DNA of 63,124 nucleotides, filler included, from Globobulimina sp. (GCA_003354225.1; 48 parts of 48 records of this genome joined end to end with filler, not necessarily neighbours in it); one strand, 5' to 3'; positions 1-12,917 are shown, counted from the whole stretch's first letter. Program-made: numbers and translations. Notes: generated by a model not told the origin, from the letters alone.

Positions 1-477
1 CTGAATTAAATGAAAAGTTGTTATTATGTACATGTGGTGTAATGAGTGGGCATCAACAAAATGGACAACATAATTTGGGTGGAGATATAGATCCAAATTC
101 ATCCTCTGAGGAGGACTAGTCACCAGTTGTCAACAGCGATGCTCTCATTTTTTCAACATATCATTGTACTTATTTTCTCTCATTGCATTGTATTTTTTAA
201 AATCTATCCTTGCGCTTCAGACCTTCAGTAACTATACATTCAAAGCACGTGAAAAGCACTCGACACGAATTAATAATAAGAATATTAATTATTATTCAAT
301 CATGAAAAAGCTTAAAGTTAATTTTGAAGATAACTGATTATCCATTTGAATACCATGCAATAATGCAAGATGACTACGATACCTTTACTGATGTCATGTT
401 GCAATCACCAGACCAGGATTGAGTTCAACTCAGTACCGTTCATGCACTATTTACAAAAAACAAAAGCAAGGTTATTA

Positions 478-1183
478 CTACTGTGATTTTATTACTTTTA
501 CATTTAATTTCCAAGTTGGGAATCCCAGACTAATCGCAGGATACCAAGCACATCTCTCTGGTAATTGCATCGGACCGTATATGATTTCATCGTTAATTTT
601 GAAAATAAGTTGTGATAATTTAGTATCCAATTCCATTCTAACAATGTCCTTGTTCTTTATATATGTATTATGTTTTGCATCTCTTTGAAATGCGTCGGTG
701 GTGCCTGTCCATACATTGCGTGATGCAGAGATACCATAGACATCAATCAATCCGCCCCATGGACATTTGCCAATATTATTGCATTTATCAGAAACAACAC
801 CAAACATATCAAATCCTCCAATATTACCATCTTCGGAATCTATCATAATCTGCCACATATAAACAGTATCTGAATCAGTATAAATCGGTGTGTCCAACTT
901 AGCCGATATGTATGCACCGCCTGTCTTTTCTGCATGGAATTTAACTTCAGTGTCGCTGATGGGAATGATGCCCTTACCACAGTTTTCTGTTACAAATTTC
1001 CCGTTATATTCAATCATATCGTTATATATAATATTCGATAATGATTTGAATGATATTGCTTATTGAGATTGCTTTATAATTATCATGCATTATTATCCTA
1101 AACCAGTATTCCCAAACAATTCCAGCTTTTTGATTTGGATTTAATGTTGACATTTTCAATTTTGATGAACTAAGGTTGCCCAT
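478..1183 (-). CDS. SPRY/B30.2-like beta-sandwich protein; N-terminal part (MGNLSSSK, ATG at 1183) is one base out of frame near 1025
   Basis: WQIMID...FGVV...YGI...KNKDIVRMELD...LIFKIND...WYPAISL is the SPRY pattern. The upstream frame hits TAA in a (TA)n run, so frameshift or sequencing error. Confidence 0.65.
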
Positions 1184-1218
1184 TAAAAATAGACTAGAGC
1201 TGACTAAAAAAACACAGA

Positions 1219-1318
1219 NNNNNNNNNNNNNNNNNNNNNNNNNNNNNNNNNNNNNNNNNNNNTTAATTAATTAANNNNNNNNNNNNNNNNNNNNNNNNNN
1301 NNNNNNNNNNNNNNNNNN
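1219..1318. other. Artificial contig spacer (N44-TTAATTAATTAA-N44); first of 47, recurring every 1316-1318 bp
   Basis: Identical 100-bp block with stops in all six frames, at a regular period; the contigs between are size-sorted (1218/1217/1216 bp). Confidence 0.99.
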
Positions 1319-1525
1319 ATTTTTGTCACATCTTCAAATCAGGAAAAAAATGCATTTGGTTTAAATTTTTTTTTAGCATTAAGACGCGAATCACTTCAAA
1401 CAAACTTAGTAACACAGCAAATTGGCCGATTATCCACCGGCAGAATATCGACATTTAGGAAACCGGTTTCTATTTTTGCGCCAAATCCGCGGCAGTCAAG
1501 ATTCCATAATCCAAACACTCAAAAA

Positions 1526-1957
1526 ATGGAAAATAATAAAAATAGTGAACATTTTTTACCTAAAATTGATAGTGAACATGGTATAGAAATAAGTAATTTG
1601 CCCGATGAAAATGATCAAGATATTCCAATGCAATCACCAGATTTTCGACGGGTTTTTAGTAAAATAAGAGAAGAATTATTACAAAATAATAATAATACAT
1701 CACATGCAACTTCGCCAATTAATAAGTCACAAAAACTTAAATCACAAAATTCAATGCATGGTATTGTGCCGGCACTGGTCGTGGCCACTCCAAACTGTGC
1801 AAAAAGAACATATCAAGCCGGTACATTCTTTGTTGGCTCAGAAATATTAGAACATCGATTAATACATTTATGCGAACAATTTACTGACAATCAAGTTCAA
1901 TTTGAATTTAATTCTATGATTGTTGGTAATCAATATACAAAACGATATTCAACATGA
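1526..1957 (+). CDS. Hypothetical protein (possibly first exon or truncated)
   Basis: 143-aa ATG ORF with plausible composition and no recognised motif. Confidence 0.35.
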   Translation: MENNKNSEHFLPKIDSEHGIEISNLPDENDQDIPMQSPDFRRVFSKIREELLQNNNNTSHATSPINKSQKLKSQNSMHGIVPALVVATPNCAKRTYQAGTFFVGSEILEHRLIHLCEQFTDNQVQFEFNSMIVGNQYTKRYST

Positions 1958-2636
1958 CATGAACTAAACATTGTATGAATATATTCCAAATATGTTTTAT
2001 ATTTAATTCCGATATTTTTCAGTCTTTTATGTGAGAAGTGTTTCTATGTTTATATCTTTTAAAAAATATTCATTAAGAATTGAGATCTCACAGTTGGGGA
2101 GGACACAGCCGAAGCTGCAGACACACGCTCTATCAAATATTATATTGAGCTACTGAGTCTCGCATTTCTTGTCTTGTTCTTGTGCATAACATACATTATT
2201 GAGCAGCTATATATGTTGCTACTGAATGGCACACAAATATTTATGGTATGCTATATATTATGCAACAGCAACAGCAACAAATCAAAATATAATATGTATT
2301 GTCCATTGTCGATCCATTGCATATTATTATTCGGTGTTTGATTTGATTCATTATAAAAATGTATTATAAATTGCAATTGGATGATATCGATATCGAATAT
2401 TTGATTGCATGGTATTAAAATCATTGTTATTGTTTACTATCAATAGTACTAAATTGAGAGGCAGCAATATATGATATCGATATCACTGATATGAATGCGT
2501 ACGTTGTGTAACAACAATAAAATGATTATATGTACTNNNNNNNNNNNNNNNNNNNNNNNNNNNNNNNNNNNNNNNNNNNNTTAATTAATTAANNNNNNNN
2601 NNNNNNNNNNNNNNNNNNNNNNNNNNNNNNNNNNNN

Positions 2637-3854
2637 TGGTCCAATCTGTTTCGTAAATCAATGATAAATTCAACAGCTACTTCGTCATCGTCAATATCAA
2701 CTACAATAAGCCCATTCGACGTAGTTTTGATCCGTACCGCATCAAATCCTTTCAAACTCGCCACTTGACTCTCATCCTCAAACACCACCTTATCCCGCTT
2801 GATCACTCCATTGCCAGTGGGGTCAATAAAAAATAGCCACAATGTATTGTTGAAACACTCCGGGTCCGGTATCCCATTGGCATCCCAAGCTTGCGTAGGT
2901 GCCACGAATATATCTGCAGACTGCTCCGTGCCCGCTGCATGATACATAATGGCAGTCCGCAAACTGCACCACGACGCTATAAATTCCACTTGATTTAAGG
3001 GTGCTATATACGTCGTATGTCGGTCTGCAAACATTGACATATCAAAGAAATCAGAATATTGCGGTGCAAATTCCTCCACAATTGGATCGGGATAACCTGC
3101 CCAGAAAAGAAACATCGCCTTCGATATGCTCGTATTGTATTGCTCCGAGAAAAGAACCGCCAGCGCGGATAAAGGACCGTCAAATGGATACGGGCCATAC
3201 GGCGGAGAAATAGGCTCCTCCGTCGTGTACGCGTCAGAAGCCATAATCTCTGGAACAATGCCAAAATCATTCATATCCGCACTGGTTAACGTTGGGCAAT
3301 AATCAAAGAAATAAGAAATTTGAAACATACTATCATAGGTAAATGCGGCGCAGTTATCCGATTGTAATGTACAATACGTTTTGGATAAATCTTTTTGTGT
3401 CTCTGCGTCGTACTCACCATCCAACAGAGTCCAGGGAATGGCGAAAATTAAATTTGCTTTTTTTGTTGCAGCTAATGAAGTGGCCCAATCGTTGGGATAT
3501 GAGAACAACGACGATACCACACCAGCAGCGAAGGCTACATTTTCCGCCAAACCTGCAGTAACTGCCTCCGTCACAAAATCACAAATGGTTTGTTCCTGCA
3601 CGTTATCCCATGTCGCCGGCGCCATCGGCTTACATTCCACCAAAGGAGTTTGCCACTGTGCTTGTGATGAATTGTATGGATTCAACATACAGGCTCTGCG
3701 CGCATACCATATATTACCAGCGTTTACTGGATCGCAGGTATCGTCAGATTCGGCTTGCAATGTAGAACTAATTTGTGTGATGGTAAATGCGTCCAAATTG
3801 GCTGGATTCGCAGAGTTGACAAAACCGCCTTGGATTTTATATACAGAATGCACG
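2637..3854 (-). CDS. Hypothetical acidic, Cys-containing, probably extracellular protein (partial at both ends)
   Basis: Open frame across the whole contig; GC-richer than neighbouring contigs; no family recognised. Confidence 0.55.
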
Positions 3855-3954
3855 NNNNNNNNNNNNNNNNNNNNNNNNNNNNNNNNNNNNNNNNNNNNTT
3901 AATTAATTAANNNNNNNNNNNNNNNNNNNNNNNNNNNNNNNNNNNNNNNNNNNN

Positions 3955-4144
3955 CCAGCTGCATAAAACGTATCTTTATCATCTCTGTAAATTGTAAATC
4001 CAAACCATTAAATACTTGAGTTACATTGATCTGATTGCTCCATTTTAATGGACTTAATCGTTTTAATTTGCGAGAATTACCATCACCGAATTCGCCATCG
4101 ACATTACGACCAACAGCATATACAATATTTGCTTTGTAAGCCAT
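3955..4144 (-). CDS. RCC1-repeat protein, N-terminal fragment
   Basis: VYAVGRNVDGEFGDG resembles the RCC1 repeat consensus VYxWGxNxxGQLGxG. Confidence 0.55.
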
Positions 4145-4250
4145 TGCGTTTGATGGCAGATTGGGAGAGACTGGCGATGAGAAAGAAAAAACGATTATTT
4201 ATTATTGGAATTATTATTTATTATTGTAACTGTTGTTGTACTTTAGAATA

Positions 4251-4373
4251 GGACCTGTTTTAAACACATTGTTTTTAAAATACGCAAATTCGCAAGTCGT
4301 TTTGTTGGGAGATGGTGATGACCTCTCCATAGGTTTTAAAATTTTTCTAAAACGCGGTGTTTCAAACAGGTCC
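4251..4373. mobile_element. MITE-like element with ~30-bp imperfect TIRs flanked by TA
   Basis: TA|GGACCTGTTTTAAACAC...GTGTTTCAAACAGGTCC|TA; a TA target is typical of Tc1/mariner derivatives. Confidence 0.55.
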
Positions 4374-4425
4374 TATTTTGTTCAATTTGTTTTTAACTAC
4401 TGTCTAAAAACTATTATTAAACTAA

Positions 4426-5172
4426 ATGGCGTCAAGAAATGGTAGACAAACAAACGTATTCGATGGCTACAACACTGACGAGCACGCACAGCCAAACAAC
4501 CCCAAAGTATACAAAACAGATAAAATAAGACCGCGTCGATCCTTTGACATGACCTCATTGCGCCATTATACCACAAACAAAAACAAATTTGGGTACATAT
4601 CAGAACCGGATCGCGACGAATGCAAACAATACATCATCGGCGGAGGTATTCCAAATCGAAACGAAGCCTTTTCTTCCTCGGAAGTGAGTGATTTTTTAGC
4701 TCAAATCAAATATAAAAACAAAACCAAAAACACACACTTATTACAATTGCACCAAAGCGTAGTCACCGACCACTTCATCCAAACTTCGCATAAAAACAAA
4801 AAAAACCATCCCACACAAATAAATTACATCGGAATTGGCCACGATTCCGACTTATCCACCGATTCTGAAGTGTTTGCCATCAAAAAGAATGAGAGTTTCT
4901 CCTGCATTAAGAACATTGGTTTGACCCTCGAGCGTTTCAAGAAAACCTTAGAGAAACAACCACAGCGTTTACACCTAACCTTCCACGGCGAATACGACCC
5001 AAATAAAAATATATCCACTGTCAAATTCGATTGCATTCCCACTTTGCCGCAATTACTCACCTCAAACAAGCAGTTTTTGTTCAAAAACCGCACGCAGAAA
5101 TATTACAGGGACTACATCGCGGCGATCGCGCGCATTTTCGAAGAGGAGTTGATGGCTTTTATAGCGCAGCCG
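4426..5172 (+). CDS. Hypothetical protein (3'-partial)
   Basis: Long ATG ORF running to the contig end; no motif recognised. Confidence 0.5.
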
Positions 5173-5379
5173 NNNNNNNNNNNNNNNNNNNNNNNNNNNN
5201 NNNNNNNNNNNNNNNNTTAATTAATTAANNNNNNNNNNNNNNNNNNNNNNNNNNNNNNNNNNNNNNNNNNNNTCCATTTTTTTTGACAATTTTTGTCGTA
5301 TAAACGCATTGTAGTATGTTCAAAGTACTTCAAAATACTTCAAAGTAGATGGTCAAATTATGCTGTTTTTCACAACTGT

Positions 5380-5780
5380 GTATACAATGCCGTTGTTGTT
5401 CAAGCACCATCCAACTGCATTGTGCCCTATTTATGCATACAATTCATTGCATTTGTTGCAGAGTGAAGTGTATGATCATGAAACAAACCACCGCCCAGAA
5501 CCGAAAACTGTAAAGCAAATGTTTTTGTAAAATTAATTGTTTTCTGAATATCTCCATTGTTCATTGGATTCACAATTAATAACGGATAATATGAATTTCT
5601 TGGGTTATCAATAGACGTTGTGATGTTGTAATATTCTGAATCGGATGAATTGTATACATCACCATCGATAATAGAGATGAAATCGACAAGTTCTTGTGAC
5701 CGATTGACTCGATATACATCTGCAGCTATAGTAAATATTGACGCCAGCAGTAAACTCGTGACTGTTTGGAAATGTGTCAT
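5380..5780 (-). CDS. Secreted FAD-binding (FAD_binding_4 / berberine-bridge-like) oxidoreductase, N-terminal exons
   Basis: Signal peptide; YPLLIVNP..DIQKTINF..LQFSVLGG spliced to GHNAVGW gives the GGGH flavinylation motif. Confidence 0.6.
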
Positions 5781-5870
5781 TACTTTAATTTACTAAAATA
5801 GATAATCTAGTCAGCTCAAACATACTCAAAAACCTCAACTTACATATATATATATAAATAAGCAAACATC

Positions 5871-6490
5871 ATGTCAATCCCAACTGACATTGATGAGTTA
5901 AAGCGACGCATGAAATTACTGGGCGTCTCCGACGAAGATCTTGACAAATTCCAGGAGGAAGTGGACGATGCAGACCATGACATTGCATCCATCACAGAAG
6001 ACATATCCGATCGGGAACAATCTATGTTGGTTGATTTTTTTCGCGAGGAATGTGCCGGCGGCGAGAAAATATACGATGTGGTTAAAGCCATTATGGATGG
6101 CACTGAGATTGAAAATAAAATAACAACGCAACAACAACAAAAACAGCCACACATCGACAGCAAAATAGATGATGTCGACAGCAACAATCAAACAGCAAAA
6201 CCTATAAAAAAAGCAATAGAAAAACCTGTGCAAGAAAGCAAAAACGACGAAGAAGAAAAATTGTATGCTGCCAAATGGACATTCAATAAAAGAGAAGAAA
6301 AGGAAGGCACTGTGATATTGAATGCGGGTTTGATTTGTATACCGGATGAAGTTATAACGAATTCCTATTATTTAGAAAACATCGAAGGTATTACCTATGT
6401 GCTATATTATAATAACTGCGGTTTAGGTCTCTGTGGCGGCGAATGTCGTTTACCATTTTGTTACATTGAATTTTGGAATGAATATTTGAA
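5871..6490 (+). CDS. Hypothetical acidic protein (3'-partial)
   Basis: ATG ORF running to the contig end, divergent from the FAD oxidoreductase with 90 bp between starts. Confidence 0.5.
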
Positions 6491-6590
6491 NNNNNNNNNN
6501 NNNNNNNNNNNNNNNNNNNNNNNNNNNNNNNNNNTTAATTAATTAANNNNNNNNNNNNNNNNNNNNNNNNNNNNNNNNNNNNNNNNNNNN

Positions 6591-7808
6591 TTTCCCACAG
6601 ATGCAAATGATGGCGTAGCTAAAATCATTTTGTGTACAGCTAAATGTTGATTGTTTTCATCATTATCAATCATTGTCTCCTCCTCCCCATCATAACATTC
6701 ATTGCCATGTATATTTATATCAATATGTGTCTTATAAATAGCCAAAGAATCATGTATATCGTTTTTAAATTCTTCCTCTTCCTTTTGATCTGCTTTATCT
6801 TCACTCGCTGACATATTGAATTGTTGTCGTATAAAATCAAAATTATTTTGCAACTGCTGTTGCGGATTCATTATTTTTTCTTTTTTTAATTTCATATCGG
6901 ACTGATATTTGGATAAAATGGGCCATAACCTTTTATACAACTTATTACATTTTGCCTCCGCATCAATCCCCTCCGCGATATTAGCAGCGGGTATTAACGA
7001 TTTGACCACTTTGACATCGAACGCTGAACTTAAACGCTTTGCCGTTTTGATGTTTAACGGCGCCACAAAGTCACGAACAAAATGTTGGCAGTTATTATGA
7101 GTCAATTCATAAATGGCATGTTTGTCATATTTCAGCCATTCTACAATTAAAATGCCAATCAATTCACATGATATCTCGCCTAAATATAACCTCTCCAAAA
7201 CTGTCCATCCTATATTCAAATGCTGCCACTCCATTTCCTCATTATTAGCCCTTGGCCAATAATACCAAAATAACCTACGATTTAAAGACGTGTTTGGCAC
7301 AATGTTACTTAATATAATACCATGTTGCACATTGAAGGAAAAAAAACCAATTGTCATTAACTCATTATTGCCTAAATTTATGTATGTATTTCATAACAAA
7401 GTGTCAATATATCTGTTTATGAAATACCTTCAAATTTCAAAGCCCAATGGTCGCAGCCAAGAAACGCAGCATTTCTGTCGTTTAGTGGTCGTTTGACAAT
7501 CCAAAGTGTATGGAAATTAATGCCATGTTTTCTTTGTAATTTTGTAGGATCTCTCAAACATTTCTCATGCAAATGTTTATTTAATTGGAACCAAAGAGCT
7601 TTTAATTTTGATAATGCTAAGACTTTAAATAAAGTTATTATGTCTTTGTCGTTTATATTCAGTATTTCATACAATTCATCATTTAATAGTAACTGTGCGT
7701 TATTTAATATTTTGTGTAAATATTTTGAATATTTTACTAGATCTTTGTGTGTCATTGATTTTTTTTTGCCAAAAATGCCAATACTTCGACTTGGTCCATC
7801 CGGTAATA
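6591..7808 (-). CDS. PPPDE/LRAT-like permuted papain-fold peptidase; intron 7372-7427
   Basis: DHWALKFEG (His) spliced to an exon with YELTHNNCQHFV (NC motif); a 56-nt GT-AG intron restores frame. Confidence 0.65.
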
Positions 7809-8082
7809 NNNNNNNNNNNNNNNNNNNNNNNNNNNNNNNNNNNNNNNNNNNNTTAATTAATTAANNNNNNNNNNNNNNNNNNNNNNNNNNNNNNNNNNNN
7901 NNNNNNNNGCTGATTTGGAACAGGGAAGGATAACAATAATTTCCTGAAACCAATGATGCATCATCACTGACTTAATCAATACAAATCATTTCTAATTTAA
8001 TATCTTAGACTAAATCATATATCCATACATTACTTCATATAAAAAATATAACGACTATAACACGCGCAGTCTGATCGATATT

Positions 8083-8637
8083 GTGAAATATGAAAATGAC
8101 TCTGAAATAGAAACGTTATTAGATTGGATAGAGTTTGGTGCAAACACCGAAATTATAAATTGCAAAAATGCGAATTATAAGTCTTGGGATGATGATGACA
8201 CAAAATATTATAATTGTATGATGATAGCGGCAAAAAAAGGAAAATTACAACATTTAATGGTATTAATTGCTTCCGGATCTGATATCAATGCATTTGAGCA
8301 AATTGAACATAAAACAGCTTTGCATATTGCTACAATAAATAATCAGTATAAAATTGTAGCGTTATTATTGAAAGCTGGAATAAATGCGCATCAAATGGAT
8401 GTTTATAGAAAAACTGCAATGCATTATGCATCTTTATATGGCAATGTTAAATTAATTAAGAAATTGTTGCAAAATGGAGCTAATTTGTTTCAAAAAGATA
8501 AAGAAAATAAAACGCCAATGATGATTGCAAAAGAAAATAATAACGTGAAAGTGTTGCAGTTTTTAGAGAAATATAACAAACAATTTCATCACAACGGTAA
8601 GTATCGAGCAAAGCAAAAAGAGGAAAAAGAGCAATGA
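8083..8637 (+). CDS. Ankyrin-repeat protein
   Basis: TALHIATINNQYKIVALLLKAG, TAMHYASLYGNVKLIKKLLQNGA and TPMMIA repeats. Confidence 0.9.
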   Translation: MKYENDSEIETLLDWIEFGANTEIINCKNANYKSWDDDDTKYYNCMMIAAKKGKLQHLMVLIASGSDINAFEQIEHKTALHIATINNQYKIVALLLKAGINAHQMDVYRKTAMHYASLYGNVKLIKKLLQNGANLFQKDKENKTPMMIAKENNNVKVLQFLEKYNKQFHHNGKYRAKQKEEKEQ

Positions 8638-8685
8638 GCAGAAACATTACATACTTGCGACAATAGTATATTATTCAATTTGTTT

Positions 8686-8804
8686 TTTCGAGACAAGAAA
8701 CGTGTTTCCGAAAACACAGTTTTTGGCCGAGGGGGCTGGGGGGTGGTGGGGGGAGCCCCCAAGGCAAAAAACTGTGTTTTCGGAAACACGTTTATTGTCA
8801 AGAA
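8686..8804. repeat. 40-bp near-perfect inverted repeat around a G-rich core (hairpin/MITE-like)
   Basis: AAACGTGTTTCCGAAAACACAGTTTTTG / CAAAAACTGTGTTTTCGGAAACACGTTT; inner GGGGGCT...AGCCCCC stem. Confidence 0.85.
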
Positions 8805-9226
8805 AGTTAAACAAATTGAATACGTAGTTTTATTGCAAACAATGACCATACAGGGAATTTGTCATCGTCATAATCATAGAAACTAATATATGTTTTCGGA
8901 TTTTTGATTGAGTTTATGGGAAAAAATACAAACACAAGCATTACATCTATCAATTCTATTTAGAACAATCCATCCATCCATCCAACGAGACACAAACGAT
9001 CGAGGACATTAAGCTCAAACAAAAGTTTTTTCTCTTCGCAGCATCAAAAACAATGGATGCTCCGTTGGATATCGCGAAGCCGCCGCATTACGCTATTTAT
9101 TATGGTATTATGGCGGCGAAGCCGCCNNNNNNNNNNNNNNNNNNNNNNNNNNNNNNNNNNNNNNNNNNNNTTAATTAATTAANNNNNNNNNNNNNNNNNN
9201 NNNNNNNNNNNNNNNNNNNNNNNNNN

Positions 9227-10137
9227 TTAGGCATTGCAGGCGCAAAAATAACAGAAATAACCGAATTTTTTAAATTGGAATACATATTGGACAATTTGTT
9301 AGGAACATTACCTGATTATGTGCATAATGTGTGTTTATTAAATGGGATAACGATGGGTGGCGGTGTAGGCATATCAGTGCATGGAAAGTATAGAATTGCC
9401 ACTAATAATACGTTATTTGCAATGCCTGAGACTGGAATAGGATTTTATACAGATGTTGGTGGCTCATATTTTTTACCAAGATTAGTACCAAATGGTTTAG
9501 GTTTGTTTTTAGCATTAAATGGGTATCGATTGAAAGGGTCAGATGTATTACATGCTGGTATTGCTACTCATTATATTGATGAAACAAAAATTGATCCATT
9601 AGTTGACGACCTATTATTTAATTCGAATCAATATAAAAACGGCATATCTACGCCTTATGTTTTAAGGTATTTATAATGTTTATATAATGTTAATGCTCTT
9701 TTGTGATTAACTAAATATATTAATATATACTAAGTAAATATGCCACACACCAATCCAATTTGGCAGCTTTTACGTTAGAAAATGAATTGGAATCAATTCA
9801 TAAAATATTTAATTTTAGTGATTCAAAATGCATTGAAGAGATTATAAATGGATTAGAAGCATTGGGTAATGAATGGGCATCAAATACATTGAAACAGTTA
9901 GATTCTGTATCTCCAACGTCATTGAAAGTTGTACACAGAGCATTATATGAAGGGAGAAACAAGAATTTGAGGGAATGTTTAGATATGGAATTTGATATTG
10001 TTACAGAATTCATGAGACAGCATGATTTTTATGAAGGCATAAGGGCAGTGTTGGTTGACAAAGATAGAAATCCAAAATGGAATCCAAGCTCATTGCTTCA
10101 TGTTACAAATGTTGATAATTATTTCCCAAATATTTAA
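9227..10137 (+). CDS. HIBCH: 3-hydroxyisobutyryl-CoA hydrolase (5'-partial); intron 9667-9734
   Basis: NGITMGGGVGISVHGKYRIAT, FAMPETGIGFYTDVGGSYFLPRL, SPTSLKV, DFYEGIRAVLVDKDRNPKWNP; a 68-nt GT-AG intron joins the two ORFs. Confidence 0.95.
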
Positions 10138-10544
10138 CATTCCATTGCTTGTCTCAATCTCCATAGATTTTTACTTCTCGGATATCCAACACAACTCGCA
10201 GTCTCGCACAGACAAACAGATTTATTGAAGCCTTTTATATAATCTAATGGAAACTGTTTTTTTTCAACCTCTTTAGAAAATTCTATTCCTCGATCTGAAA
10301 ATTCTAATGTCATCTCTTGCCGTTTGTTTCTCGATCATCGTCGCAGGATGCATTGGTATGTTCAAAAGTTATATTGTTTGCATGAAATCATTACAAGCAT
10401 TGCCAATATATAGCAACCTCACCACAAAGTATCTCAGAAAATGTNNNNNNNNNNNNNNNNNNNNNNNNNNNNNNNNNNNNNNNNNNNNTTAATTAATTAA
10501 NNNNNNNNNNNNNNNNNNNNNNNNNNNNNNNNNNNNNNNNNNNN

Positions 10545-11762
10545 TTTATTGTCTGAATTGTCATTGGCAATCGAAGTTGGTCTGGTTTTCAGCGCGTCCT
10601 TTCAAGAGTTACCATCCAAAATTAAGCTAATTTCAGTGATAAGAAACAATCCGCACATAGGTACTGTATCATTTATTCTTTTTTAAATTCGATTTACATA
10701 AATATGTGTATTATATACAGGCAATGTATTGACAGAGTTACATGAATATGCGACAGAAATAAATAACGAATGGATGGAAATTCATGAGAAATACCCCGAG
10801 GTTTACACTGCGATTCAGACAAAGCATGCAGTTCAAACCGTGATTCATGACGAAAGACACGACATTTTAAAGTTATATAATGTGGGTGTTTTAGATGAAT
10901 CTGAGAAGCAAAGAATGACTAAATTGTTATTACAAACACAGCATAATATTTATTTCAGTGCGTTTTATTATGTCACCAGCATTTATGGAACAAGTTTCTC
11001 TCAAAAACAAACATTATTATCGGTACTATTTATGACAAAATTGAATAAAGATTGTTATGAGCAAGTTATAGAAAGTTTATTTGATAAAATTGAATTAAAA
11101 AAATGGCAGCAAGGACAGTACATTGTATCCACACATTCACGGAACGCGGATGGAATTTATATTGTTGTGTCAGGCCGCTGTGCATTGTTAGAATGTGGCC
11201 AGTTTAGTATAAATATAACAAGATCGGAGCAGGAGGACGATGAGGACATTGTGGATAAAAAACATCCGTTATTGGCAGGAGGTGACGGTGGAGCTGCTGC
11301 AGGCAATCAACATGAAATGTACTTAGGTCGCGGAAGTATTATTGGTGGATTCGAATATTTGGCAGGATTGAAATATTTAAATCCGTGTGTTGCGAAAACA
11401 GATGTTATTGCATATTTTATTGATAATGACACTTTGTCTGATTTATTGAATGAAGAGCAAGCGGCTTATCAATGTTTGTGGAAACAATGTGCGACCAATT
11501 TAATATTAGCAATGTATCCAAAGAATGATGAATCTTTTTTTAGGCAATATAGCAAAACACAAATAAATAATATGTGTCAAAAATCGCAGTTTATTTCATT
11601 CGATAATGATGATGTAAACAAAAGGAAGTTATTATTGAATAATTTTGAGAATATGGCATTGATATTATATGGGAAATGTTACTACGATGTTGATATTGAT
11701 AATGGTACGGACGAGAATAATAATAACTTATTGACAACTAAAACAACACAAAGATATAATGA
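10545..11762 (+). CDS. SOS1/SLC9C-like Na+/H+ exchanger cytosolic region with a cyclic-nucleotide-binding-like domain (partial); intron 10661-10720
   Basis: YPEVYTAIQTKHAVQTVI...LYNVGVLDESEKQRM matches the SOS1 helical region; GIYIVVSG...LGRGSIIG...VAKTDV is a CNBD pattern. Confidence 0.7.
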
Positions 11763-11862
11763 NNNNNNNNNNNNNNNNNNNNNNNNNNNNNNNNNNNNNN
11801 NNNNNNTTAATTAATTAANNNNNNNNNNNNNNNNNNNNNNNNNNNNNNNNNNNNNNNNNNNN

Positions 11863-12917
11863 ACAATGATGATGTAAATTATCGATATAAATTTGAGAAA
11901 TTATTCATTCGATTACAAGGTAAAAATACGGGACAAAAAACTGCAATGATTAATATTCTTCAAATTGCAGATGATATTTTAGGCACAAAAATGGGAAGAG
12001 ATAATGCAATACGATACAATAAGTCCGATATCACGAAAACAGCGCAACATATTTCCAAATATATTGGTAAAAAATTAGGCGCACAGTGTCAGTTTAAAAA
12101 AGGCAGAGATGTTGCTATTATTTCTGGTGTCTATCAACAATATGAATTACAAAATGTGTTATTTGAGTATGTGAAGCAATATGCGATGTGTCCACAGTGC
12201 AATATTCCCGAATTAACTCCAGCCATTCACGCGGATATTCACTGTAAATCCTGCGGATACAATCATAATTATTCAAAAAATAACAGTAAAAAACATAAAA
12301 AAAACAGAAAAGATGCATATGAAAAGAAACAAAACAAAAAACAGAAAAAGAAAAGAAAAGCAAAACAAGAAAGTAATGATGGAAGCGATGAGGATTCGGA
12401 TAATCAAACACAAATTAGCAGAGATCCAATATTCGCATTCAATTATTTTATGGAAGGAAATGAGAATGTTTTGTGTGGGGACATTATGGAAAAGATAAAG
12501 ATATTAAGTATTGCACATACATTGGACAGAAAAGAACAAATTAAAATGGTGGTTTATGTGTTAATGCAGTACAAAGGAGATGACTATAAATTATTCATTG
12601 AATCCATCAAGAAATATTCACGGATATTTGAGGTGTTTACGATGTTACAGAATGATACAGAAATATTTTTAGCATTCGTTGAAGAGGTGATAGTGTATAA
12701 AGCAATGGGTGATAATTTATTAAATCATTCGTATGCGATTTTTAATTGTTTATATGATGAGGATATAATCGGCGAGGATGAAATCATGGAATGGTATAAT
12801 TCATTATGGCAGAACAGATTTACTCTTATTAATAAAGATGAAGCGCAATTAATTCGGGACAAAACTAAACCGTTTGTTGCTTGGTTAGAAAATGCGGAAA
12901 ATGACGATGAAGATTAA
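11863..12917 (+). CDS. EIF5: Eukaryotic translation initiation factor 5 (divergent; 5'-partial)
   Basis: YRYK..L.I...G...G.KT, KYIGKKLGAQ, CPQCNIPE and CKSCG zinc ribbon, Lys-rich linker, W2 domain (LYDEDIIGEDEIMEW, KPFVAWLENAE). Confidence 0.85.

Noticed and set aside
1263-1274. Regularly spaced TTAATTAATTAA palindromes that look like an array
   Set aside because: Artificial six-frame-stop linker embedded in N runs between concatenated contigs.
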